Positions 1 to 10,300 of a DNA stretch of 64,000 bases are shown in pieces (the first letter of the stretch is position 1; each line of letters begins with the position of its first letter). Both the position numbers and the translations under genes were made by a program. The DNA comes from Alphaproteobacteria bacterium (lineage in GTDB: Bacteria > Pseudomonadota > Alphaproteobacteria > SP197). The DNA is taken from contig OZ245842.1 of assembly GCA_965228895.1 (NCBI GenBank), positions 3,872,001 through 3,936,000 of the forward strand, written 5' to 3'. The notes under the pieces were generated by a model. The model made no database searches. It saw only the letters and a list, made by a program, of their open reading frames with translations, and was not told the DNA's origin.

Positions 1-1088
1 TCCCAATAGAACTTGGCCTTGTCGGGATCGTAGTCGTGCTGCGGAATGTCGCGGCAATAGGTCGGCAGTCCCGGGTTGACCGGGAAGTCGTTGGCGACAA
101 CGCCGTGACCCAGCAACACATTGTCGACGAGATACTGGCGATCGACGCAATGCTTCATGGCCAGCCGGACATTCAGATCGCTGGTCGGCGCGCGATCGCA
201 CATCATATCCCAGATGAAGAACGAACCCGACGGCGTCGATACCACGTTGACGTTGGGATCCTGAGCCAACAGGCTGGCCAGACGCGGCTCGACACGCAAC
301 GTCATGTCGACATCGCCGGACTTCAACGCGTTGCCGCGCGACGCGTTGTCCGGAATGCCCTGGGTGACGAAGGTATCGACATGGCCGGCGCCTTCGTTCC
401 AGTAATTGCCGAACTTCTCGGTTACCGATTCACGGCCCGGCTCAAAATCGGTCAGACGATAGGGGCCCGTGCCGTTCACTGGATCGCCGTCGACCCAGCC
501 TTCGTGAACGATCGACGTGTGATAGTCGTGACCCATCAGAACCGGGAAGTCCGCATTGCCGGAGTTCAGCGTGATGACCAGGACATGATCGCCATCAGCC
601 TTCATGTCGACAATCGGCGACAGCAACGGCTTGGACGGTGACTCCGAGCCTTCCTTGATGTGCTCGTTGATCGAATAGATGGCATCGGCCGCCGTGAACG
701 GCTTGCCGTCATGGAACTCGACGCCTTCGCGCAGCTTGAAGGTCCAGACCTTGGCTTCTTCGGAGGATTCCCATTCGGTCGCCAGGTTCGGCACGACATT
801 CAGATCGCGGTCCAGGTTGGTCAGGCGATTATAGACCTGATAGGCCCGCTGAATGTCCGTCGAGTTGGTCATCTTGGTCGGATCGAAGGTCTCTTCGGCG
901 CCGGCATATTCCGGCGCAACAACCGCCGTGCCGCCCTTTTTGGGTTCAGCCGCGACACCTGCCGTCGACATCATGGTTGTGGCGGCAGCCGCCGTTACAC
1001 CCAGAGCACTGGCACGTCCGACAAATTCGCGACGCGACATTTTGCCGGCTTTGGCCTGCTCGAGGTACCAGTCTAGTTGTTTGGTCAT
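1..1088 (-). CDS. ABC transporter substrate-binding protein, family 5 (peptide/nickel-type), Tat-exported; 3' end outside window
   Basis: Not in ORF track; my translation of the minus strand: MTKQLDWYLEQAKAGKMSRREFVGRASALG...EPKKGG...VPNLATEWESSEEAKVWTFKLREGVEFHDGKPFTAAD. SRREF twin-arginine motif, SBP_bac_5 signature, GGGAG RBS upstream. Confidence 0.88.
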   Translation of the reverse strand, partial: MTKQLDWYLEQAKAGKMSRREFVGRASALGVTAAAATTMMSTAGVAAEPKKGGTAVVAPEYAGAEETFDPTKMTNSTDIQRAYQVYNRLTNLDRDLNVVPNLATEWESSEEAKVWTFKLREGVEFHDGKPFTAADAIYSINEHIKEGSESPSKPLLSPIVDMKADGDHVLVITLNSGNADFPVLMGHDYHTSIVHEGWVDGDPVNGTGPYRLTDFEPGRESVTEKFGNYWNEGAGHVDTFVTQGIPDNASRGNALKSGDVDMTLRVEPRLASLLAQDPNVNVVSTPSGSFFIWDMMCDRAPTSDLNVRLAMKHCVDRQYLVDNVLLGHGVVANDFPVNPGLPTYCRDIPQHDYDPDKAKFYW

Positions 1089-1338
1089 TCTCATCTCCCA
1101 GTCACGCTATTGGCGGCGCCGAGCGCCTCTTGTTGTCGCCGGTCGTCCCGCCGCTCCGCGCGAAGTCTAGCGGATCATCCGGAAAACGAAAGGCATTGCC
1201 AAAACAATTAGGATTGACCCGACCGCCGGTTTCTGGCCCGAAAACGACCGCAATTCCGCCAGTTTTGTATGGCGTGGTCATAACGCGCCGACGATCGATC
1301 AGGTTAGCCCGCACGATCATCTGAACAGCTATCGGTCA

Positions 1339-3048
1339 TCATCTGAGCATGTAGAGCTGTGCCAGCGCCAAGCGGTCAACCGGATCGCACCAGGCCCGTT
1401 CGCCGTCGACCGTGACGTCAAAGGTCTGGTTGTCGACCGTAATCTCCGGCAGCGCATCGTTCAGATGCATCGATGCCTTCGACAGCGTTCGCGTGCCGCC
1501 CAGCGGCAACAGCATGCGGCCAAGACCCAGCCGGCCGGCAAGGTCACCGTCGATGGCGCTGGGATGAACGAAGGTCGCCGACACGGCCTGTGGCGCCAGA
1601 CCATGGGCGCCCCACTGCTCGCGCAGGATAATCGGATCGGCGCCGGTGATGCTGGCCGCTGAATCGCCCATGGCCGCCCAGGCCGTGAAACCGCCCTTGA
1701 TTACGACGCTGGGTTTGATGCCGAAGAAGGCCGGCTTCCACAAAACGATATCAGCGAGCTTACCGGTTTCGAGCGAACCGACATGACGGTCGATGCCGAA
1801 CACCCGGGCCGCGTTGATTGTGTATTTGGAGAGGTATCGCAGGACGCGCCGGTTGTCGGCGCCGTCGATCGGCTCGCCGTCCAACGCACCGCGCTGATCG
1901 CGCATCTTGCTCGCCAACTGCCAGCAACGCGCGATCACCTCGTTGATGCGTCCCATGCCCTGGCTGTCGGAGCCGAACATGGAGATGGCGCCGATGTCGT
2001 GAAGAATATCCTCCGCAGCGATGGTCTGCGCGCGGATCCGGCTCTCGGCAAAGGCGACGTCCTCCGGCACATGCGGGCTCAGGTGATGCACCGTCATGGT
2101 CATGTCGAGATGTTCGTCGAACGTGTTGAGCGTGAAGGGATTGGTCGGGTTGGTCGATGACGGCAGGCAGTTGGCCTCGCCGTTGCAGCGGATGATGTCC
2201 GGCGCATGGCCGCCGCCTGCGCCTTCGGTGTGATACATGTGAATGGCGCGCCCGCCGATCGCCGCCATGGTGCTCTCGTAAAAGCCCGCTTCGTTCAGCG
2301 TGTCCGTGTGGATCTGGACCTGAAAGTCCATCTCGTCGGCGACCGAGAGACAGCAATCGATGGTCGCCGGCATCGCACCGTAATCCTCGTGGATCTTGAC
2401 GCCGATGGCGCCGCCGGCGATGTGGGCGCGGATGCCATCGGGATCATGACAACTGCCGCGTGTCAGAAAACCGAGATTCATCGGCATGGCGTCGCTTGCC
2501 TTGAGCATGTTACCGGTCGTCCAATCGCCACCGGAATCGACACCGAACAGAATACCGTGCCCACCGCCAATCATGGTCGTCAGGCCGGCCGACAGGGCGT
2601 GGCGCACAAGGGCCGGGCTCTTGTGATGGACGTGCACGTCGATGCCGCCGGGCGTTGCGATCAGCCCGTCGCCATGGGCCACCAGCGTCGCCGGCCCACA
2701 GATGAGATCGGGATGCACGCCATCCATGACCGCCGGATTGCCGGCCTTGCCAAGACCGACGATACGCCCTTCGCGCACGCCCAGATCGCCTTTGACGACA
2801 CCCAGCATCGGGTCGATGACCAACACGTTGTGGACAACGAGGTCCAGCGCGCCGTCTGCTTGACTGTGGCTCGCCTGAAAACCCATGGCATCGCGGAACG
2901 ACTTGCCGCCGCCGGTGGTGAGCTCCTCGCCCGGCACGCCGTGATCATGTTCGACCTCGGCGACCAGCGACGTGTTGGCAAGGCGCACGCGGTCGCCCTT
3001 GGTCGGCCCGTACATGGCGGCATAGGCCGCCCGTGTCATGACTGCCAT
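1339..3048 (-). CDS. ureC: Urease subunit alpha, divergent
   Basis: [53 protein letters not shown]; 569 aa. Confidence 0.92.
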   Translation of the reverse strand: MAVMTRAAYAAMYGPTKGDRVRLANTSLVAEVEHDHGVPGEELTTGGGKSFRDAMGFQASHSQADGALDLVVHNVLVIDPMLGVVKGDLGVREGRIVGLGKAGNPAVMDGVHPDLICGPATLVAHGDGLIATPGGIDVHVHHKSPALVRHALSAGLTTMIGGGHGILFGVDSGGDWTTGNMLKASDAMPMNLGFLTRGSCHDPDGIRAHIAGGAIGVKIHEDYGAMPATIDCCLSVADEMDFQVQIHTDTLNEAGFYESTMAAIGGRAIHMYHTEGAGGGHAPDIIRCNGEANCLPSSTNPTNPFTLNTFDEHLDMTMTVHHLSPHVPEDVAFAESRIRAQTIAAEDILHDIGAISMFGSDSQGMGRINEVIARCWQLASKMRDQRGALDGEPIDGADNRRVLRYLSKYTINAARVFGIDRHVGSLETGKLADIVLWKPAFFGIKPSVVIKGGFTAWAAMGDSAASITGADPIILREQWGAHGLAPQAVSATFVHPSAIDGDLAGRLGLGRMLLPLGGTRTLSKASMHLNDALPEITVDNQTFDVTVDGERAWCDPVDRLALAQLYMLR

Positions 3049-3057
3049 GGTCCGCTC

Positions 3058-3759
3058 CTATGCGCCGTTGAACCCACGATCGCGTGCGCGGTCCAGGGCG
3101 GCGGCACGGACATCGGGATCGTGGACCGACCCGTTGGTCAGGTTGTTGAAACCGGAGACCCGCCCCTCGCCGCCAATCGCGACAAGATCGACGTCACGCG
3201 CTTGCCCCGGTTCGAACCGTTGCGCGGTGCCGGAAGGAATATCGAGACGTTTGCCAAAGGCCGCCTCACGATCGAACGAAAGCGCCGGGTTAACCTCGAA
3301 GAAGTGGAAGTGACTGCCGACCTGCACCGGCCGGTCGCCGGTATTCAGTACGCTAATGGTCGCTTTGTCGCGCCCAGCGTTCAGTTCGATATCGCCATCG
3401 GGCGTCACCACTTCACCGGCGCGCGCATCGTTGCCGTCGGCGAGTTTGTCACTGCCCGGTCGGATCGGGTCGTGCACGGTGATCAGCTTGGCACCGTCTG
3501 GGAACAGGCCTTCGACCATGATGACCGGCAGCAGTCGGGTAACGCCCGGCAGAACATCGTCGGTCGTCAGCAGCGTCGCGCCCCATCCCATCAGGTCTTT
3601 GACCGAACGGCCTTCCCGCGCGCCTTCCAGCAGCGCGTCGGCGATAAAGGCATGGGCCTCGGGGTGGTTGAGTTTAAGGCCCTTCTCCTTGCGCCGGCGC
3701 GCCATCTCGGCGGCGACAAAGATCGTCATGCGCTCCATCTCGGTCGGTGTCAGCATCAT
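3058..3759 (-). CDS. ureAB: Fused urease gamma/beta subunit
   Basis: N-terminal LTPTEMER...LNHPEA...[14 protein letters not shown] (gamma) followed by [19 protein letters not shown]...RFEPG (beta). Confidence 0.93.
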   Translation of the reverse strand: MMLTPTEMERMTIFVAAEMARRRKEKGLKLNHPEAHAFIADALLEGAREGRSVKDLMGWGATLLTTDDVLPGVTRLLPVIMVEGLFPDGAKLITVHDPIRPGSDKLADGNDARAGEVVTPDGDIELNAGRDKATISVLNTGDRPVQVGSHFHFFEVNPALSFDREAAFGKRLDIPSGTAQRFEPGQARDVDLVAIGGEGRVSGFNNLTNGSVHDPDVRAAALDRARDRGFNGA

Positions 3760-3808
3760 GGTCTCGCCACTCCCGTCATTGTTCCTCTATCTTAGGGCGA
3801 TAGCTCGC

Positions 3809-3943
3809 TAGAGCAGATCCCGTTTTGGTGGAATCGCTTCGCGATTCCGTCAAGACGGGTGAATCTGCTCTACTCATAAATCGAGAGCGGGCCATGGTTA
3901 GGTGGAACCGTCAAACGGTTCTACCTAACCATGGCCCGCTCTA
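3809..3943. repeat. Bipartite palindromic repeat (TAGAGC...GCTCTA family), copy 1
   Basis: Two long hairpins, 3809-3872 and 3883-3943; homologous copies at 19181-19318 and 48670-48808 in the opposite orientation. Confidence 0.9.
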
Positions 3944-3954
3944 GGGTGCACGCG

Positions 3955-4793
3955 ATGACAGACATGAAACAATTTGATCCAGGTGCCCAGAATGACTGGA
4001 TCTTCGACGCGGTGGCCCGAGACGGCGGTGCCATCGTTGAAGGCGTGCTGAATCGCGGTTTCTTTGCCGCGCTGCGCGACGAACTGGCCGGTTCGATCGA
4101 CGAAGCGCAGCCGGGAAGCCGGTCCGGCAACACACGTGTCGAGGGTTTTCACGGTGCCAACACCAAACGCATCTGCAGTCTGGCGCGCCGCTCGCCGGCC
4201 TTTGTCGACCTCATGCTGCACCCCCTGCTGCTTGCCTTCGCCGACCGCTTTCTACTGCCGGCCTGCAGCGACTACTGGCTCAACACCGGTCAGCTGATGA
4301 TCGTCGGCCCGGGTGAGCCGGCGCAGCGGCTGCATCGCGACGAAGGCAACTGGCCCTATCAGCCGTGGCCGGGACCGGAGGGACGGTGAGTTCCATGTGG
4401 GCGTTGTCGGACTTCACGGCTGAGGTCGGCGCGACCCGCGTGATACCGGGCAGCCATCTTTGGTCCGAACGCGATGAAGACGGCGATGACAGCGAGGCGG
4501 TCCAAGCCGTGATGCCGGCCGGCTCGGTCCTGCTTTATTCGGGCAAGGTCCGCCATGGCGCCGGCGCCAACCAAACGGCGGACACCTGGCGCTGGGGCCT
4601 TCATGTGAGCTACGTGGTCGGATGGCTGCGGCCGGAAGAAAACCACAACATGGCCGTGCCGATCGATACCGCACGGGATCTGCCGGAGCGCGCCCAGGCG
4701 CTGCTCGGTTACACATCGTATGTCCCCGACAAGGGCGGACGCTTGGGTCTGGTGGAGTTCGAGGATGCCGCGCTGGTGACGCGGGGGCCGTAG
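3955..4793 (+). pseudogene. Phytanoyl-CoA dioxygenase (PhyH) family Fe(II)/2OG oxygenase, frameshifted near 4381
   Basis: N-half (QRLHRDEG) in one frame; C-half (TVSSMWALSDFT...GATRVIPGSH...HGAGAN...WLRPEEN) in another; one base apparently missing at ccggag|gg|acggtg. Confidence 0.8.
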
Positions 4794-4802
4794 GCATCTG
4801 GA

Positions 4803-5753
4803 CTAGGCGCTCAGCGCGTCACCCCAGCGGTTACGGATGGCGGCTTCGACCATCTGCGGTGTCAATCCGCTCATCATCGTTCCCGTGGTCCGGGTGTCGT
4901 AATCCGGACCGCCGATCAGCTCGTCGATGGATTCCGGCGTTCTGACGACCAGACCGTTCGGCCCCCAAGGCCCGTAATGAATATCATTGGTCGGGCCGAA
5001 CAGGCCGACTGTCGGCCGGCCGGTGGCCGCCGCCAGATGCATCATGGCGGAATCGTTACCGACAAAAAGCCGGCAACGGCGCATCGCGGCAAACGTCGAC
5101 AGCACGTCGACACCCATGCCGTCGATCAACCGATCCCCTGGCACACCGTCAAAGATCGGCTGCGCGGTCGCACGCTCGTTTTCCGCGCCGACCAGAAGCA
5201 GCCGCGAACCCTCCAGCGCGCCGCCTGGCGCCAGCAGCCGGTTGGCCAACTCCACAAAGCTTTGCGCCGGCCAGATCTTGCCTGGCCAAGAGGCGCCCGG
5301 CGCAATCGCGACGATGTCACCGCCATCACCAACAAGTTCGTGGGCCCGCTCTTCGTGGGTGGCATTGGTCCAGACATAGGGATCAAGTGGCGGTGATCCG
5401 AGAACCGACGCGTTCATCACCACACGGTGAACCGGCGCGGTGTTCTTGGGCAGAACACGCCGTTCCTCGGCACGCAACACATAGGGCATGGCCGTGCGCC
5501 GAAGATCGACGACAACCCGCCAGCGCTGCCCAACGGTCTCACGCCAAAGATCAAACCAGTGCAATGAATGACGCCGTTTGCGAATGACGTGGATGCGCGC
5601 CAGGCGTGGCGCTGCCTCGAACACCTTGGCGGCGGGCGCACCGCAAGCGATCGTTACCGCGTCATCGGGGTAATCGTCGAGCAGCCGTTTCAACACGCCC
5701 GACGAAAGAATGGCATCGCCAATATATGTCGAGGTGATGAACAGGATGGCCAT
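4803..5753 (-). CDS. Glycosyltransferase family 9 (LPS heptosyltransferase-like)
   Basis: IGDAILS, APGASWPGKIWP, FVGNDSAMMHLAAA, GLFGPT motifs. Confidence 0.88.
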   Translation of the reverse strand: MAILFITSTYIGDAILSSGVLKRLLDDYPDDAVTIACGAPAAKVFEAAPRLARIHVIRKRRHSLHWFDLWRETVGQRWRVVVDLRRTAMPYVLRAEERRVLPKNTAPVHRVVMNASVLGSPPLDPYVWTNATHEERAHELVGDGGDIVAIAPGASWPGKIWPAQSFVELANRLLAPGGALEGSRLLLVGAENERATAQPIFDGVPGDRLIDGMGVDVLSTFAAMRRCRLFVGNDSAMMHLAAATGRPTVGLFGPTNDIHYGPWGPNGLVVRTPESIDELIGGPDYDTRTTGTMMSGLTPQMVEAAIRNRWGDALSA

Positions 5754-5783
5754 GATGTCGAAAGCGCAGCGTGACTGCTGGGG

Positions 5784-6170
5784 TCAGTACGCGGCGTAGG
5801 ACTTTTCTTCGGCGATGTCGGAACCCAGATGCTCGTTGATCTGCTTCTTCAGCGCCGCCCTCTGATCGTTCTCGACATAGACCGAGCGGGCGAGTTCGAC
5901 AAACCGGGCGTCGAAATTCTGCGAACGCTCGTGTTCGCGGATCTCGTCCTCGATCTCCCAAAGCCGTTCGTTGACCGCTTTCAAAGCGCGCTTGTTGTCA
6001 TCGATCACCGCGGACGGGTCGATGTGGCGTGATGCCGACAGTTCGAGTGTCGCTTTTTCACGCCGGATGTTCTCAAGCTTGGCGGGATCTAAGATCCGCT
6101 CTTCCTTGATCTCAAGGATCGTCAGCTTGTCCAACAGTTCCCCGGGCGAGACTTCCACGCTTATCCGCAC
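5784..6170 (-). CDS. DUF6165-like hypothetical protein
   Basis: VSPGELLDKLTILEIK...LWEIEDEIR...LARSVYVENDQRAALK...EEKSY; GTG start after GGAGG. Confidence 0.75.
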   Translation of the reverse strand: MRISVEVSPGELLDKLTILEIKEERILDPAKLENIRREKATLELSASRHIDPSAVIDDNKRALKAVNERLWEIEDEIREHERSQNFDARFVELARSVYVENDQRAALKKQINEHLGSDIAEEKSYAAY

Positions 6171-6359
6171 ATGTCCTCCATGGGCCGGCCCCAATTCAAG
6201 GGCGCATAAAGAGTGCGACGCACGCCTTAAGCTGTTGCCGGCAATGTTTCAAGGCGTCTGAAAGCTTGGAGTTCGCGGCAGGGCAAGGATGGGGTCGCGT
6301 ATCCCGGCCTCCTGTCGCTTATCTCGCGGGCCGGGGCACCGACCATGTTCGTTTTTGCA

Positions 6360-6494
6360 TCAGGCCTTACGGCCGCCAGCCTTTGTTTTCGGCTCGCCGG
6401 TCTCTTCGACCTGTCGACTGGATCCGCGCTTCTCGATCTTCTGCCAGTCTTTCATCAGTGACCAAACGACACCGCTCATCGGTCCACCAATCAT
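6360..6494 (-). CDS. Small protein (44 aa) divergent from LysR regulator
   Basis: AAAGGAGA RBS then ATG; MIGGPMSGVVWSLMKDWQKIEKRGSSRQVEETGEPKTKAGGRKA*; below ORF-track cutoff. Confidence 0.55.
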   Translation of the reverse strand: MIGGPMSGVVWSLMKDWQKIEKRGSSRQVEETGEPKTKAGGRKA

Positions 6495-6568
6495 TGTCAG
6501 TCTCCTTTCTTCAATCTGTTGTTTCCCTAAACGTGGCGCCGATACGGGCCTTGCGGGAGCCGCTAATT

Positions 6569-6580
6569 ACGGATATCCGT
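6569..6580. promoter_or_regulatory. Perfect 12-bp palindrome ACGGATATCCGT in divergent promoter region; candidate LysR site
   Basis: Lies between the small ORF start and the LysR start. Confidence 0.35.
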
Positions 6581-6621
6581 TATGCGTTTGTGGAAGGTCA
6601 GCTGGCAGGAGCGATACACAG

Positions 6622-7539
6622 ATGAATTGGGATGATCTGAAGATCCTGGATGCGGTTGCGGCGACGCGGAGCCTCTCAGCAGCCGCCAGAAAGCTCGGAT
6701 TCAGCCAGCCCAAGCTGTCGCGGCGCCTGCGCGCGCTTGAGGATACGGTCGGCGCGCGCCTGTTCGACCGCCTGCCCACGGGCTTGGCACCAACGCCGGC
6801 GGGCGAACGGCTGATCCCGCTGGTCGCCGAGATGGCGGTCGCCGCCGAAGCGGTCGAGCGCCAGGCCCCGTCGCTGCCGGAAGCCGCCACCGGAACGGTC
6901 AGGATTTCGGCGCTCGAGACCCTGTGCGTGTTCCTGGGCGAACATATGGATGAGCTGTGCGATATCGCGCCCGGCCTATCGTTCGAACTGATTACCAACC
7001 ATGCGGACGTCAGCCTGTCGCGGCGCGAGGCCGACCTTCTGATCCGGGCCTGCCTGCCCGATGGCGCCAGTCTGGTGTCGCGCCGTATCGCCGATCTGGC
7101 CTACGCGGTCTATGGCACCCATGACTATGTCTCGCGCCACCCTTCGGCGCAGTCGGACGCGATGTTCAGCGATTGCGCCTGGGTCGGCTTTGCCGAGGAT
7201 CGTCTCTTCTTTCCCGGCGCCAAGCGCTGGCTGGATGAACGCACAGACCGTGCGCCCCTGGTGCAGGTGACCGAGATCGGGTCGGCCCATGCCGCCGTCC
7301 GGTCCGGTATCGGCCTCGGCGTCCTGCCCTGCGTCACCGGCGACGCCGACCACGATCTCGTACGGCTGAGTGAGCCCATTCCGGAACTGATGGACAAACT
7401 GCATTTGCTGATACATCGCGACGTCCTGCGCGAACCGGCGGTCCGAACCGCGACCGACGCGCTCGCCACGGTCTTCAAACGTCATCGTTCGGTGCTGATG
7501 AGCGAGCTGGCGGAGAAGGCCCGCGTTCAAGCAGCCTAA
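6622..7539 (+). CDS. LysR family transcriptional regulator
   Basis: [43 protein letters not shown]; [11 protein letters not shown]; start trimmed to ATG 6622. Confidence 0.92.
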   Translation: MNWDDLKILDAVAATRSLSAAARKLGFSQPKLSRRLRALEDTVGARLFDRLPTGLAPTPAGERLIPLVAEMAVAAEAVERQAPSLPEAATGTVRISALETLCVFLGEHMDELCDIAPGLSFELITNHADVSLSRREADLLIRACLPDGASLVSRRIADLAYAVYGTHDYVSRHPSAQSDAMFSDCAWVGFAEDRLFFPGAKRWLDERTDRAPLVQVTEIGSAHAAVRSGIGLGVLPCVTGDADHDLVRLSEPIPELMDKLHLLIHRDVLREPAVRTATDALATVFKRHRSVLMSELAEKARVQAA

Positions 7540-8642
7540 CAGGTGAGAACACCCCGCTCGACCTGATCGCGCTCGATGGATTCGAAGAGCGCGCGGAAAT
7601 TGCCTTCGCCGAACCCTTCATCGCCCTTGCGCTGAATGATCTCGAAGAAGATCGGGCCGATGACAGTCTTGGTGAAGATTTGCAACAAGACACCGCCGCC
7701 CGGCGAACCGTCGACAAGAATGCCGTGGCGCGCCAGGGCCTCGATATCTTCCGCGTGGCCCGGCAGACGCTCATCGGTCATGGCGTAATAGGTCTCCGGC
7801 GGCGGCGCCATGAAGTCGGTGCCGGCCGCTTCAAGCGCCTTCACCGTCGCGACGATATCGTCGGTGGCAAGAGCGATGTGCTGAATGCCCTCGCCGTGAT
7901 AGGCCTTGAGATATTCCTCGATCTGGCTCTTGTCGTCAGCGCTTTCGTTGATCGGGATGCGGATCTTGCCGCACGGGCTCGTCATCGCCTTGGATTTCAG
8001 CCCCGTCAGCTTGCCTTCGATGTCGAAGTAGCGGAGTTCGCGGAAGTTGAAGAGCCGCTCATAGAAGCCCGCCCAGTCGTCCATGCGGCCGCGGTGTACG
8101 TTATGGGTCAGGTGATCGACGCCGGCGAGACCGACACCTTTTGGCGCCCATACCGGATCGAGCGAGGCGCCGTCGATCGGCACGAAGTCGATGTCATAGA
8201 TCGACCCCTTCAAGCCATAGCGGTCGACCAGATAAATCAGGCTGCCGCCGATGCCCTCGATCGCCGGAATGTTGAGCTCCATCGGCCCGATGCGCGAGTC
8301 GACACCGCGCGCGCCCAACTCGATGGCGCGCGCGTAAGCCTTACCCGCATCGGCGACCCGAAGCGCCATGGCACAGGCGCTGGGACCATGAACTCTGGCG
8401 AACGACTGCGCGAAGCTGTCGGGCTCCGCGTTAACGATGAAATTGATGTCGCCCTGGCGCCACAACGTTACGTCCTTCGACCGATGGCGCGCGATGGCGC
8501 GAAAACCCAGTTGTTCGAAGAGCCTGGCAAGCTCGCGCGTATCCGGTGCGGTGTATTCGACAAACTCGAAACCGTTCGTTCCCATCGGGTTTTCGGCCGA
8601 GATACGGCCTGCCAATGCGTCAAAGCCCAGGGATGTGCTCAT
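7536..8642 (-). CDS. hppD: 4-hydroxyphenylpyruvate dioxygenase
   Basis: [61 protein letters not shown]. Confidence 0.97.
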   Translation of the reverse strand: MSTSLGFDALAGRISAENPMGTNGFEFVEYTAPDTRELARLFEQLGFRAIARHRSKDVTLWRQGDINFIVNAEPDSFAQSFARVHGPSACAMALRVADAGKAYARAIELGARGVDSRIGPMELNIPAIEGIGGSLIYLVDRYGLKGSIYDIDFVPIDGASLDPVWAPKGVGLAGVDHLTHNVHRGRMDDWAGFYERLFNFRELRYFDIEGKLTGLKSKAMTSPCGKIRIPINESADDKSQIEEYLKAYHGEGIQHIALATDDIVATVKALEAAGTDFMAPPPETYYAMTDERLPGHAEDIEALARHGILVDGSPGGGVLLQIFTKTVIGPIFFEIIQRKGDEGFGEGNFRALFESIERDQVERGVLTC

Positions 8643-9478
8643 GACAACCTCCGCAGCTTGCGGGCTTCTTCGAGACCGTTCCAGAACACCTGCACACCGT
8701 CCAACATCTGGCGCCCGGCGGTGATGAAGCTCTCCTCGTCGAAGTCCAGGGGGCCGAAATAGAGATCCTTCAACTCAGCCATCGTGTGCGCGGCGTGCTG
8801 GTCCTCGATCTTGTCGTGCCAGCGGAAGAAGCCGAGGTTGAGATCGAGGCCGGACCGTACCTTGAAACTTTCAAGACCGGCGATCAGCTGTTTCCAGAAA
8901 CCGGCGGCCGCCCAGTTCTCGACAGCAAAGCCGGCACCGGCGGAGACCGAAAAGTCGTCGCTGCCGTAGAGCCGGATCAACTCGTCGCAGAACGCCAGCG
9001 TCGCGGGCGTGCCGACCGACCGGCGGCCGAGATCGCCAAACCTCAAACCCAGCGGCGCGGCAAAGTGCAGCAGCCATTCGTAGTGGGCGGCGCGGAAACG
9101 GAAGGTGCCGCCATCGACCGTGCCTTCGATGCCGACGATGTCGGGGTCGACATCCTTGTCGGATGCCCCCTGCTTGTCTGTCTGCCGGGCGCGAAAGACG
9201 ACACCCAACTCATTGGCCAGGATCTCCTTGGCGGCCCGCATCTCTTCCACATTGGCCGCGTTGATGACGCGCTGGGTCTGGGCGATCAGAAATTGGTTCG
9301 AGAAGACAGAGAACTGCCGCGTGAAATCGACGACGTCATCGTGGCTCAGCTCGGCACGGGCGAACCACGCGCAATAGCGGTTGTCGGTGATCGCGGGATG
9401 GCTGAACAGTTCCGCCGCAAGGCGGTCCTGAAAAAGATCAAACGACGACACCGCGTTGCCTAAAGCTGCTTGGCTCAT
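8639..9478 (-). CDS. Heme-oxygenase-like diiron oxidase (HDO; CADD/PqqC/TenA fold)
   Basis: [10 protein letters not shown]-terminus; ligand pattern ILANE...AAH...AVE...WHDKIEDQH; VFWNGL C-terminus; ATGA overlap with hppD. Confidence 0.75.
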   Translation of the reverse strand: MSQAALGNAVSSFDLFQDRLAAELFSHPAITDNRYCAWFARAELSHDDVVDFTRQFSVFSNQFLIAQTQRVINAANVEEMRAAKEILANELGVVFRARQTDKQGASDKDVDPDIVGIEGTVDGGTFRFRAAHYEWLLHFAAPLGLRFGDLGRRSVGTPATLAFCDELIRLYGSDDFSVSAGAGFAVENWAAAGFWKQLIAGLESFKVRSGLDLNLGFFRWHDKIEDQHAAHTMAELKDLYFGPLDFDEESFITAGRQMLDGVQVFWNGLEEARKLRRLS

Positions 9479-9634
9479 GCTCCCTACACTCCCTTCGGCG
9501 CGGCGCGCGCCGACCAGTTGCCCCTGTGCCTTCCAATATGGGCGCATGACCACGCGAAGTCCTTGCGATGTCTTGGACCTAAGCTCTTAGGTATGCAAAT
9601 ATCGTGCATGGAGTAATCATATCGAGACGATTTC

Positions 9635-10111
9635 ATGCACCCTGTTGACCTCGACCCCTTCGACGTCGCCATCTTGAACGCGCTCCAGGCCAACGCGCGG
9701 ATGTCGAGCGTGGCCATGGCGGATCAGGTCCACCTGTCGTCATCCCAGATCACCCGGCGCCTGAAGCGGCTGGAAGAAACCGGTGTCATCCGCCGTTATG
9801 CCGCATTGCTGGAACCGGCGGCGCTGGGGCTTGGTCTTATGGCCTTCACCAGTGTTTCCCTGGACGTTCAGACCAAGGACACCGCCCATGACTTTCATCA
9901 GGCGATGCTGAAACTGCCGGCGGTGCTGGAGTGTTACTCAACGACCGGCGACGCCGACTTCTTGATCAAGATCGTCAGCCGTGATCTCGCGAGCTTCTCC
10001 GATCTTCTGATGAACGACATCATGCCGCTGCCCCATGTGCGCAACGTGCGTTCCAGCATCGTGCTAAGCGAGTTGAAGAACACGACGACGCTGGAACTGA
10101 ATGACGTCTAG
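9635..10111 (+). CDS. Lrp/AsnC family regulator, divergent from HDO-hppD
   Basis: LDPFDVAILNALQANAR...LKRLEETGVIRRY...ECYSTTGDADFLIKIV. Confidence 0.95.
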   Translation: MHPVDLDPFDVAILNALQANARMSSVAMADQVHLSSSQITRRLKRLEETGVIRRYAALLEPAALGLGLMAFTSVSLDVQTKDTAHDFHQAMLKLPAVLECYSTTGDADFLIKIVSRDLASFSDLLMNDIMPLPHVRNVRSSIVLSELKNTTTLELNDV

Positions 10112-10136
10112 AGCGTCGCCTGTCTGTTTGGCATTA

Positions 10137-10205
10137 CCTGCCCACTCCCCCGCCCGGCCAACCATGGCAGCATCCTCGGGGTGGCCGGGCGGGGGAGTGG
10201 GCAGG
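10137..10205. repeat. GC-rich hairpin repeat (24-bp perfect stem), copy 1
   Basis: CCTGCCCACTCCCCCGCCCGGCCA-21 nt loop-TGGCCGGGCGGGGGAGTGGGCAGG; second copy at 28963-29030. Confidence 0.85.
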
Positions 10206-10241
10206 CCACGGACCGCGCGAGCGAGCAACAGCTTAGCGCGC

Positions 10242-10278
10242 ACAAAGAAGACGGGCCGGACGTTGCCGCCCGGCCCGT
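10242..10278 (-). terminator. Probable intrinsic terminator of the betaine-type SBP gene
   Basis: Minus strand: ACGGGCCGG...CCGGCCCGT hairpin followed by CTTCTTTGT. Confidence 0.55.
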
Positions 10279-10300
10279 GATCGCTCTTGTTTATGTGCCG

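Noticed and set aside
2206-3795. 529-aa plus-strand ORF
   Set aside because: Antisense shadow of the urease genes, typical of high-GC codon bias; no recognisable motifs
6289-6621. Long N-terminal extension of the LysR ORF
   Set aside because: The LysR HTH starts at MNWDDL (6622); the upstream part overlaps the divergent small ORF and promoter
7536-8642. Hydroxymandelate synthase of a biosynthetic cluster
   Set aside because: Sequence matches canonical proteobacterial HppD; no NRPS or hmo/hpgT nearby
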